From Octopus sinensis (taxonomy: Eukaryota), in the NCBI RefSeq assembly GCF_006345805.1, contig NC_043006.1:65720001-65784000 (forward strand): a DNA stretch of 64,000 nt. The letters run 5' to 3'. The notes under the pieces are model-generated. The model was not told the origin of the DNA and did not search any database. It saw nothing but the letters and a program-made list of their open reading frames with translations. Position 1 is the stretch's first letter, and each line of letters starts with the position of its first letter. This document shows, in pieces, positions 1 through 10,838 of the stretch. The position numbers and the translations under genes are program-made.

Positions 1-1230
1 ATTTTTATGTTCCATTGTTCCATGTTGAAATGCTGCTGGACTTGACAGAGTTGTCTTTTCCTTGCATCCTTCAAACCTCAATAATATAAAGCTCCCTCGA
101 TTAAACTGACTACATCTGATCCCTTCCTCTGAAACTCTTGTGTATTTCTGCCAATGTTGGTGTGGCAGAGATGTTAGAATGTTGTACAGAATACCTTGTT
201 GTATTTACTTAAGGTACCATATGTTCTGAATTAAAAAAAAAAAAAATTAGCAATGTCAACTTTCTCAAGAGCTATAATAAATAAGATAAGGCTCAGGGCT
301 GAACCTTGGTGAACACCTACTTGCACTTGAGATTTCTCATTGAACTCATTGCCAACAACTTTCACTTTGCTGACTACATCTCTGTGTGGTGGCTTGCACT
401 ATTCTCACCAATCATTCTTTATCATAGTTTTCTTAGAGACCAATTAACTACAGGTCATGGTATTCTAGCAAAGCCTTCTGTAGATCAATAAATACTGCAT
501 AGAGAAGCTTACTTTTGGCTGGGTTCTTCTTTTGCAGTTGTTTCTCTATGAAGAGAGCATTGGTGGTACCCTGACCTGGGACAAACTTCATCTCATCTAA
601 GTGGAAATTCTCCATAATCAATTGTGCTAAAACTTCTTTTATGATTTGGTTCATCTGTTTGATGTGCCTGTATTTGTTTCTTTCTGGAGTATCTTATAAC
701 AGTTAATGATTATACTGCAATACCAGTCATTAGGTGTGACACCTCCATATGTGACTTGGTTATGTATGAAGGTATCATACATATATCACTAGATATTTTC
801 AGTGTCACAGCAACTATACCAGATGGGCCAGCTGCTTTCCCCAACTTTATATCCTTAATTACTATATTGACCCCATAACTGGTCCCTTGGTTATTTTACA
901 GACTCAACAATCTCTCATAGTGACATCTCCAGGCCTCTTCTTATCATCGGTTAGGTCAAGTGCTCCACTATCATTTAACCCACTATTCTTCCCAACAACA
1001 TCTTGTATTTCTCTGACATATTGCCTCGAATTTGGAACATCTCTGGGTACTGAACACCAAGCTATTTAAATTTGTCATCTAGCTCCTCCTTTGCTATCTC
1101 TTTTCTTCCAATTTTTCTAGGCTGGTCTTAGCTGGTACCTTATTTCAGCCACTGATCTGGTCTGTAGCTTCTAGCATGTTATCCCATAGAAACTACCAGT
1201 TGTCTTCTAAATTAAAATTCTCTGTTATCT
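1..1230 (-). mobile_element. Decayed RTE-type LINE, RT region to 3' end
   Basis: Minus ORF 448-654 (FVPGQGTTNALFIEKQLQKK...LLYAVFIDLQKAL) matches the RT motif FMPGRGTTDAIF..RQLQEK..LY.AFVDLEKAFD. Multiple stops. Confidence 0.85.
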
Positions 1231-1253
1231 CTTCCTTGTCATCATACAAATCA

Positions 1254-1255
<2 letters not shown>

Positions 1256-1313
<58 letters not shown>

Positions 1314-1314
1314 G

Positions 1315-1398
<84 letters not shown>

Positions 1399-1404
1399 TA
1401 TATA

Positions 1405-1485
<81 letters not shown>

Positions 1486-1506
1486 ATATATATATGTATA
1501 TATGTA

Positions 1507-1539
<33 letters not shown>

Positions 1540-1729
1540 ATATATATATATATATATATTATGTATATATATATATTATGTATATATGTATATATATATA
1601 TGTAATATGTATGTATATATATATAATATATGTATATGTATATATATATATTATATATATATATATGTATATATGTATATATATATATGTATATAGTATG
1701 TATATATATATATATATATATGTATATGT

Positions 1730-1771
<42 letters not shown>

Positions 1772-1780
1772 TATAATATA
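1256..1780. repeat. ~525-bp compound (TA)n/(TATG)n microsatellite
   Basis: Directly visible. Confidence 0.99.
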
Positions 1781-1790
1781 CAGAGAGAGA

Positions 1791-2160
1791 GAGGTGCAAT
1801 GGCCCAGTGGTTAAGGCAGTGGACTCTTGGTCATAGGATTGCAGTTTCAATTCCCAGACTGGGCGTTATGTGTTTATTGAGCAAAAACACCTAAAGCTCC
1901 ACGAGGCTCCAGCAGGGGGGAGGGTGACAAACCCTGCTGTACTCTTTCACCACAACTTTCTCTCTCTGTTTCTATTGTACCTGCATTTCAAAGGGCCAGC
2001 CTTGTCACACACTGTGTCACTGAATCTCCCTGAGAACTACATTAAGGGTACACATGTGTCTGTGGGGTACTCAGCCACTTGCACATTATTTTCAGGAGCA
2101 GGCTGTTCCGTTGATCGAATCAACTCAAACCCTCATTGTCATAACTGGCAGAGTTCCACA
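1791..2160 (+). mobile_element. tRNA-derived SINE family A1 (related copies ~9408-9730 +, 12129-12420 +, 41575-41790 -, 63280-63710 -)
   Basis: A-box TGGCCCAGTGG and B-box-like GTTTCAATTCC head. Shared body cctgcatttcaaagggccagccttgtcac...cagccacttgcac recurs in other copies. The 63.7-kb copy has a TCG (Arg) anticodon-like loop. Confidence 0.8.
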
Positions 2161-2177
2161 ATATATATATAGTCAGT

Positions 2178-2482
2178 GAAGGCGCATGGCTCAATGGTTA
2201 GAGTATCAAGCTTACAATCCTGAGGTTGTGAGCTTGATTCCTGGACCGGGCTGCGTGTTGTGTTTTTGAGCAAGACACTTTATTTCATGTTGCAACATCA
2301 CAGGTGCCAAGCTGTATCGGCCTTTGCTTTTCCCTTGGATAACGTCAGTGGTGTGGAGAGAGGAGTCTGGTATGCCTGGGTGACTGCTGGTCTTCCATAA
2401 ACACATTGAACCTGTGCCTTGAAGGGTAACTTTCTAAGTGTAATCCCATGGTTATTCATGACCAGAAAGGGGACTTTACCCT
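2178..2482 (+). mobile_element. tRNA-Arg-like SINE family A2 (also 7755-8086 -, 38540-38872 +, 54057-54370 +; heads only at 25230-25355 -, 48268-48395 +)
   Basis: Head ggcgcatggctcagtggttagagc...cttacga...gagttc(a/g)a(a/t)tcc; body tgttcttgagcaagacactttatttca. Several copies are clearly alignable by eye. Confidence 0.9.
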
Positions 2483-2559
2483 TTATACATGTTTCCTTAT
2501 CTCCAAGACACACTTTGAGAGTTGGTGCATTGCTTTGATTTCTTGCTATGTAATCCAGA

Positions 2560-2825
2560 TTGTGTATGAGATGCCTGTCCATCACATATAACATTCCATG
2601 CTGATTTGGTTTGTGTGATGGTTGGGTGAATTGAGGTGTACAATATGCAAGAAGTATTTTACTTCACTAAAGCATCTGCAACAGATTCGAACCCATAGCC
2701 CCTGGTCAGCTATTACCAACGATTTACCTTCTCAATCTCCCCAGCTACATGTGTCCGTTGACTGCAGACTGGGCATTCAAACTGTTTTGGTGCTGGAGGG
2801 AGATGCACAAACGCATGTACATTTG
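2560..2825 (+). pseudogene. Degenerate C2H2 zinc-finger relic
   Basis: LRCTICKKYFTSLKHLQQ-IRTH fits C-x2-C-x3-F-x5-L-x2-(H missing)-x3-H. Further partial finger-like traces lie in shifted frames. Confidence 0.4.
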
Positions 2826-2831
2826 CACACC

Positions 2832-2862
<31 letters not shown>

Positions 2863-2961
2863 ATATACTTTTAATCTTCGGATATTTTAGAATATGCTAG
2901 GCCACTGGTTTTAATTGATTAGTATCAATTTCTACCCTTATTCAATTTTAAATTTCAAATT

Positions 2962-2994
<33 letters not shown>

Positions 2995-2995
2995 C

Positions 2996-3340
2996 CGGGT
3001 TTAGTCCCACTGCGTGGCACCTTGGGCAAGTGTCTTCTACTATAGCCTCGGGCCGACCAAAGCCTTGTGAGTGGATTTGGTAGACGGAAACTGAAAGAAG
3101 CCCGTCGTATATATATATATATATGCGTGTTTGTGTTTGTGTGCCTGTGTTTGTCCCCCTAGCATTGCTTGACAACCGATGCTGGTGTGTTTATGTCCCC
3201 GTTACTTAGCGGTTCGGCAAAAGAGACCGATAGAATAAGTACTGGGCTTACAAAAGAATAAGTCCCGGGATCGAGTTGCTCGATTAAAGGCGGTGCTCCA
3301 GCATGGCCGCAGTCAAATAACTGAAACAAGTAAAAGAATG
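2996..3340 (+). mobile_element. SINE family B with internal (TA/TG)n tract (also 15100-15375 +, 18525-19090 +, 30150-30490 +, 31591-31990 +, 32405-32735 -, 58036-58365 +, 11425-12125 - fragments)
   Basis: Recurrent gtggcaccttgggcaagtgtcttctactatagc (CORE-like ccttgggcaagt) ...gtgagtggatttggtagacggaaactg...agcatggccgcagtc...gactgaaacaag. Confidence 0.9.
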
Positions 3341-3666
3341 CAATGTATGTGTGTTTGTGTGTATGTTTATGTCCCCATATTGTAGCAGATTGGTAAAAGA
3401 GTCCAATAGAGAAACAATGTGAGTACTGGGGTCATTTGATTTGATTGAAAGGTTCTTCAAGATAGTGCCCCAGCATGGCTGCAGCCTGATGACTGAAAGA
3501 AGTAAAAGATTAAAGGATACACACTCACACACACCTACTCACAACCATTTTTTTTCTTGTGCTTCCCTCCCTCCCTCCATCTTTTTGTTGTTCTTGTATT
3601 TTTACGTTTTTGTTGTTTGTTTATTTCTTTTCTGTTCATCTTTTGTCTCTTCTTTGTATATTACTA

Positions 3667-3708
<42 letters not shown>

Positions 3709-3800
3709 ACTACTGCTACTACTTCATAATTCATCCATATCAAACCATGTGGTCTGATATCCACAACTGAGCATAGCTGTTCACATCAGCAGCTCTCCAT

Positions 3801-4363
3801 TAACCAAGCTGTTTATCTTAACAGTGGCAGTGAACACCAACCTGCTGTTCACTTTAACAGCCATAAATACACCAATTTGCTGTTCATTTTAACAGCCATC
3901 AATAAACACCAACCAGTTGTTCACTTTAACAACCATCAGTAAACATCAACCTGCTGTTCATTTTAGCAGCTGTCAGTAAACCAACCGACTGTTCACTTTA
4001 AAAGCCATTGATAAACAACAACCATCGATAAACACCAACTAGCTGTTCACTTTAACAGCCATCAGTTAACACCAACCACCTGTTCACCATTACAGCCATC
4101 AGTAAATACCAGCCAGCTGTTCACTTTAACTGATGAATATACCAACTTGCTGTTCATTTTAACGGCTGTCAGTAAACCAACCAGCTTTTCCCTTTAACGG
4201 CCGTCAATAAACACCAATCAGCTGTTCACTTTAACAGGCATCAATAAACACCAACCAGCTGTTCACTTTAACAGCCATCAATAAACACCAACCAGCTGTT
4301 CACTTTAACAGCCTTCTATAAACACCCACCTAGATGTTCACTATAACAGCTGTCAATAAACAC
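3801..4363 (+). repeat. 37-bp minisatellite, ~15 copies (TAAACACCAACCAGCTGTTCACTTTAACAGCCATCAA)
   Basis: Near-perfect adjacent units around 4245-4320, degenerate toward the ends. Confidence 0.95.
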
Positions 4364-4982
4364 TCACGAAGCTATCAATAAACCCTGTTAATTTTTGACT
4401 CCCTGTGATCATATGCACAGAGTTGTCTTACCTTAAGAAAGGAATTGTATACAGACCTTTGTCGGCACAAATAGAGGCACATACATATACGAAAAAGAAC
4501 CTTTACTCGATCACTTGACTTGCTAGAAAATGCAACCAAATCCCTCTGAAAAAAAAAACATCCTTTCATCTTAAATAACAGAGAATACAGTGGACATATA
4601 GAAAAAGATGGGACAGTCATGGCTGGAATACCTTTGATCATTGCTCTGCTTGATCAAGGCTGACTTGCGGCTAAACTATGAAAACCTCAACACTTGCATG
4701 CACATACATCAAAGTTGACCAAACTCCCTTGTAACTAAAACCCTACATCTATTACGTCTGACTGCCACGTAGCTAGATAAATGTAATAAATGCGGTGAAA
4801 GGCTCCCCACTTTCTCCTAATCTTCTCCTACTCCTCCTCCTCCACCTCCTTCCTGTTTGGGCCTGTGACCGTTTGGAAGGGTGATAAGCAAGTGTGTGGC
4901 GGCACAGCCCATGTTTTTCGGAGACTGGATGCAGTGCAAGTGCAAGCAGTATCTTAATGCTTTATCTACCTGCTACTTTCAG

Positions 4983-5075
4983 ACGGATCTAACCTTAGTC
5001 CAGCTACATGCTATCGAATGCAAGTCAACGTCGGATTTGGAACAGAAGGACAGCAGAATAGAAGAACTTATTAGG
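4983..5075 (+). CDS. Tlk: Tousled-like kinase, first visible coding exon (TDLTLVQLHAIECKSTSDLEQKDSRIEELIR)
   Basis: Acceptor tttcAG, donor GTAGGT, 93 nt, phase 0-0. Resembles the TLK SDLEKKEGRIDDLLR coiled-coil segment and joins in frame to the 20603 exon. Confidence 0.85.
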
Positions 5076-6519
5076 GTAGGTCCCTTCCCTACTACCTAAT
5101 TACTACTTGCTACTAACACATTACTACTACTACTACTACTACTACTAATGCCACCACCACCACCACTATTATTAATACTACAACCATTACTACTAAACTA
5201 CTACTTACTCGTTCATCCATCCAACCCTAATTTTTAACTCTTCACTAATCCTTAAATCTCATTTTTTCTTTTTCTCCATATACCATTCTCTCTCTCTTCT
5301 CCTCTGTTTCTCTCCCCTCTATCTCCCTATCCTTCTCTGTCTCTATTTTTCTCTCCTTCACTTTTTCTTGTTTTTATTTATTGATTTTTATTTCAATCAC
5401 TTAATTTTGTTCTTGAATTCATCATTTGTTCCATTAAATATATTTGAAATATTTTATACTAACTGGAAGAATTAAAAAAAAAAGAAGAAAATATGAACGG
5501 TGCAACTGATTCTAGACCAGAGATTAAGCAGCAACCTTTATAAATTGCAAAAAAGGTTGAGAGAGAGTGTTGTACATCTGTTCAAAATACATTTTTATCT
5601 AAGGCAAAAGAAATTTGCTTAAAGCTTTCATAGCCTCTCAGTGCCTTAAAATACAAGTGGATTCTCTTGTGAACCAGCATTATCTATGGTTTTTAGTTTT
5701 CTGCTTTGTTTTAGTCATGATGACCAAGGCCATACTTAAGCAGATCATCATCATCATTGATTAATGTCCGTTTTCCATGCTGGCATGGATTGGACAGTTT
5801 GACTGAGGTCTGGAGAGCCAGCAGCCGCACCAGTCTCCAGTCCAATCTGGCAAAGTATCTTCAGCTGGATGCCCTGGCATGGGAGCCTGGCATCAATCAC
5901 GTTTGGATGGTGCTTTTTACATGCCACAGGCACAGGAACCAGTCAGGCAGACCTGGAAAACTTTTATATATATATATATACTTTATTTGTGGGTTAATAA
6001 GGCAACCAATGGTTTCATGTGAAGAGATCTTCACAATTGTTCAAGTGTGCCACATGGGAATGTTGGTACTCATCTCCGTTTTGGATATTTGCATCTGCAT
6101 GTATGTATGTATATAGGCACAGGCATTGCTTTCTGGTAAGAAGTTTGTTTCCCAACCTCATAGCATGGCAACTTGGGCAAGTGTCTTCTATAATCCCGGG
6201 CTGTCCAAAGCTTAGTGAGTAGATTTGGTCAATGGAAACTGACCATCAGTGGTATCACATGATGGTCATAAACAAGCAACATTATCATCATCATGCAAGC
6301 AAGGTTGTTCATTTCCTGTCTTCCTTAAAAAAAAACATGTCTAGCTATGGGAAAATACAACCTTGTCTGGAAACAGGTGAGGGTTGGTGACAGGAAGGGC
6401 ATCCATTTGTAGAAAAGTTTGCCTCCACAACTCCATCTGACCCATGCAAGCATGGAAAAGTGTATGTTAGATGATGATAATGTGACCATTCATGTGTGTG
6501 CGTTTTGCATTACTATCTT

Positions 6520-7075
6520 GCTTGCTTCCTTCCTATCCTTTGACTCTGCAGCCATTGAGGCATTTGTCGTGGATATTGCAACCAGATTTCACCATTTCTC
6601 TTGGTCTTCTCCTACTCTCTGTAATTCAATAAAATTGAGGCATGTCCACTCTTTAATGTTAACCTGGATGTTGTCCAATCTTGTATGGCCTCTGATCATG
6701 AATGTATGAAGGGCAAGTGAGCTTGGTGTTGCCCATTGCCCACCAAGCTGTTAGCCACAGCTGTTTGCCTTTACCTGAGACATACCTTGTCCTCAAAATA
6801 CTAGGCTGCTGCCCTGATTAGGTTCCTCTATCCTAGCCAGGGACTCCTTGGGATGCCTTACCTGGAGCCTTTCATTTAGTTTTGCTGTGTTAACGCCACC
6901 CCCAGCTTGGTTTAGCCCAGCAGCTGAAGTGGGGTACCAGGGCATGGTACTAAGAACCATCATGTGAGAGATTAGGAGTTCACTGAGAACCAGTAATCTC
7001 TTTCCACCTGACTGTCCCTGGTAAGGTGCAGCTACCAGACACCAAACCTACTATTCCTACTCAGAGACCCCTACA
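6520..7075 (-). mobile_element. RTE-like remnant: 5'UTR-like segment joined to the ORF C-terminus
   Basis: Minus frame LDNIQVNIKEWTCLNFIELQRVGEDQEKW*NLVAIS resembles the RTE C-terminus (DNIKEWT...L.R.AEDR..WR.LV). The upstream part is non-coding. Confidence 0.55.
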
Positions 7076-7131
7076 TTCCATTAGTGTACACAAGCAAAAT
7101 ATTTTTTCATTAAATCTACAAGCATCTTTAA

Positions 7132-7353
7132 CACTTTTGATACCAACTCGACTGAAACTGCTTCTGGCTCTGTAGTACAAATGTCTTGTTTTCATAAGTT
7201 TTGAATTAAAATCTTCCACCAAACCTTAGTCACAATTTATGTTCATAACACTAGCTTAATGACAACTAAGTTATTTTACTAAATTCTTCGTTATATTTAA
7301 AATCAATTGAAAGAAACACACAGCATCTGAACAGAAATATGGAAACGAAAGAG
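7132..7353. mobile_element. piggyBac-like MITE, 222 bp (second 222-bp copy 12734-12955; decayed copies ~33984-34212, ~53190-53428)
   Basis: Flanked by TTAA (one side TGAA in copy 2). Termini CCCTTTT...AAAGGG. The two copies are nearly identical. Confidence 0.85.
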
Positions 7354-7439
7354 TTAATAATTCATTTAAAACTGGGTATAAATATATCCTGGAAAGACAA
7401 AGTTAGAAACACCCTTATTTGAGAGAAGGCTAAGCTTCC

Positions 7440-7700
7440 TAAATATGGACAAGAAACTGATGTAACAAAAAAAAAAAACCTCTACTGGTTTGGACATATC
7501 CAAAGAATGAAGGAAACGCAGTTGGTTGCCAAGGTAAATGTTCTCCTCATCTGATGGTGCAAGAAATCAGGGTAGGTTCTTGACTAAGAATCCAAGGATG
7601 TGGCTAAGTGGAACAAGAGGAGGCTGGAGATCATTAGAAATCAATACCTACTGCTGGATCTTTGTAGATGAAGATAGAAACTTCAGCTAGAGGGAATCAG
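7440..7700 (+). mobile_element. RTE-type LINE C-terminal fragment
   Basis: LYWFGHIQRMKE... resembles the L.WFGHV.RM motif. Confidence 0.6.
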
Positions 7701-8879
7701 TTCATTGTGGATACTATGGATTGGAATATTTTTTTAATGGACTGTCATCATAGACAAACTTCGGTCATGAATGAAAACGAGATTACACCTAGAAAGTTCC
7801 CCTCAAGTCACAGATCCGTGCAACGTGTTTATGGAAGACCAGCAGTTGCCCATGCATACCAGCTTTCCCTCTCCATGCTACCAATGTTATCCAAGGGAAA
7901 GGCAAAGGGGCCAATACAGTTTGGCACCAGTGACATCGCAACTCATTTCTACAGCTGAATGAACAAGAGCAACATATAATAAGATGTTTTGCTCAAGAAC
8001 ACAATACACAACTTGGTCCAGAAATTGAACTCGCCACCTCATGATTGTGAACCCGATGCTCTAATCACTGAGCCACACGCCTTCACTTCAATACACCTTC
8101 CTGTAATTTGAGTGTACCCCACCATCACATCTTCATCCTCTCTCTCTCTCCTGCTCCCCTGCAAGACATCCATTCCTGTCCCTCTATTCAAATTCTAAAC
8201 TCTTCCCTCAATACAGCTCCCCACTCAGGTGAAGGGGGTCTTGTCTTGTAAATTATTTGGAGACCTCACTGCTGCTGCTGCCACATAAATAGTATCAGGC
8301 ACACTTTGTAATGTGATTGGCTTCGAGAAGGGCAACCAGCCTTAGAAACCATACCAAATCAGGTAATAGAGCCTGATGCAGTCTCCTGGTTTGCCAGCTC
8401 CTGTCAGACCATCCAATCATCCAACCCATGCCAGCATGGAAGGAAGATGTTAGATGATGATGGTGTGTGTGTGTGTGTATATATATATGTACATGTACAT
8501 ATCTACACACATACACACACACATGTATCTCTATATAAGGGTACATGCCCACTGGTTAGTGTGTTGTATTCCCAGTTGTAAGATCGTGGTTTCACTTTTT
8601 GGACCCGATGGTGCATTGTGGTCTTGAACAAAACACTTTGTCTCATGTTGCTCTGCAATCACTTTGATATCTGATGTGTGATACGTTATTCAAACAACAT
8701 TGATTTGATGGAGGGTGTGAGCTAATGTATGGCACATACATTTGATCACTATAAGCCAATCATTTGCACAGATTGTTCAACCAAAACTGAATACACATAC
8801 AGAAAATTCCATCATATATATATAGTGTTAAGTGATTATATGCACACACACACATATACACATATTTATTTTTATATAT

Positions 8880-9350
8880 CATCATCATCATCATTTAACG
8901 TTCATTTTCCATGTTGGCATGAGCTGGACTGTTTGACCAGTGCTGGCAAGCTGAGGGACAGCACCATACTTTAGTCTGATTTGGCATGGTTTTTACAGCT
9001 GGATGCCCTTTCTAATGCCAACCACTACAGAGTATACTGGAAGCTTTTACGTGACACCACCACAAGTGTTTTACATTACCAGAGGGACCGGTCTTAACAC
9101 TTTTGTTGCGAAGTATAGAGTACATGTCTCCTTCAGTACAGCAAAGCACCAGACATCTTTGTCCTTTTTCATCTTGCCTGAAAGGTTCAGCATCCTGAGG
9201 TCGTTCTTCGGTACATCCCATCCCATGTTTTCCTAGGTCTCCCACTTCCATGTGTTCCATTTGCTTTGAGAGACTGGCACTTCTGTATGGTACTGTTGGC
9301 TTCCATACTCATTACATGACCAAACCAGTGCAGTCTTCTCTCTTGCACAC
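8880..9350 (-). mobile_element. RTE LINE 3' fragment: ORF end plus (GAT)n-tailed 3' UTR
   Basis: VQERRLHWFGHVMSMEANSTIQKCQSLKANGTHGSGRPRKTWD continues on the minus strand into ggcatccagctg...catgccaacatggaaaatgaacgttaaatgatgatgat. Confidence 0.85.
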
Positions 9351-10695
9351 AGAAACTAATTCCTCTTGCGCCTAACTTCTCAATACACACACACATACAC
9401 ATAAATGAAGGCATGTGGCTTAGCGGTTAGGCTATTCAGCTCACGACTGTAAGGTCAAGAGTTCAGTATCCAGTGGTGTGTTGTGACCTTGAGCAAGACA
9501 CTTTCTTTCTCGTTGCTCAGTTGACTCAGCTGGCAAAAGCAAATAATACCTGTAAATTCAAAAGGCCAGCCATTTCACTTTCTGTGTCCTGCTAGATCTC
9601 CCTGAAAAGTACATATAAGGGAACGTGTGTCTGTGGAGTACGCAGCCACTTGCACATTAATTTCACAAGCAAGCTGTTCTGTTGATCAGATCAAGTGGAA
9701 AACTCATCGTTGTAATCGACGGAGTGCCAGATTTGGAGATATACATATATGAATACATTTAAAAATACTTATTTGCATACTCACATATATATGAATCAAA
9801 AATGATTTTGTAATCATTTCCCCCTCAGCTATATCTATATTAATATTGTTGTGGGTTTTTTTCTTCCCTCCAATTCTAATATCCTTGAATTATATATTAT
9901 CTGTATATGCATATTTATGTACATATGTGTGTATATGCATATTTATGGATATATGTGTGTATATGCTTATTTATGTATATATGTGTATATATGTATGTGC
10001 ATGTGTGTGATAAGAAAGAAAGGAGGAGTGTGTGTGTGTGTACATTTATGTTTATTATGAGTCTGTGTAAAGTCTTATGTGTCATTTGACACATATGTAT
10101 ATTTACATATTTAATGTAGAGCTGTGTGTGTGTGTGTGTGTGTGTGCATTTGACTTTTACAGAACATGCCATCAGCATAGTAGATACTGCAGCATTTAAG
10201 AAAAGAAATATGTCCTTTAAAAAAATTTACAACACACACATATATATATTTATTCTATCTCTTGACAGAGCATAGTAAAACCAGAGAAAAAATATATTTG
10301 TATGGAGTTTTGTGTGTGCTTGTGTATGTTGTATGTTTGTGCGTGTGTGTCTGTGTATAGGTTCATGTATGTATCCATATATGCATATATATATATGAAT
10401 TTGTGTATTTGTGTGTGTGTGTATGCATAAAACTAAGAGCATCAGCTGAGCAAATCTTGTGCAGTTTTTGTGTTAGTAGTGGCCAACAATGTCATAAAAA
10501 TGCGGTTTTTTTTTCCCTCTTTCTTGCAGCAAGCTAGAATTGCACATCACCTCACTTGTAGAAATATTTAAAATATGCTGTTGTTGCAATTAATAGCTTC
10601 CTTCCAAGGTTGTGTGGTTGAATACTTAAACCAAGTGCTCTGTACACTTCATTGACTGACCATTTAAAATACAGCTACAGTAAATAAAACAAGGA

Positions 10696-10742
<47 letters not shown>

Positions 10743-10797
10743 ATGTTTTATTGACAGAACATTAGGATATATCTGTCTGAATGTGTAAGTGTATGTA

Positions 10798-10838
<41 letters not shown>

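Noticed and set aside
1176-1850. Long ORFs of 146-212 aa (YIYI...)
   Set aside because: Translations of a (TA)n/(TATG)n microsatellite. The same applies to the HTHT, LSLS, CVCV and poly-M/I/T ORFs throughout the track.
3801-4363. CRISPR-like array (37-bp palindromic repeats)
   Set aside because: Units are contiguous with no unique spacers, there are no cas genes, and the context is a eukaryotic intron.
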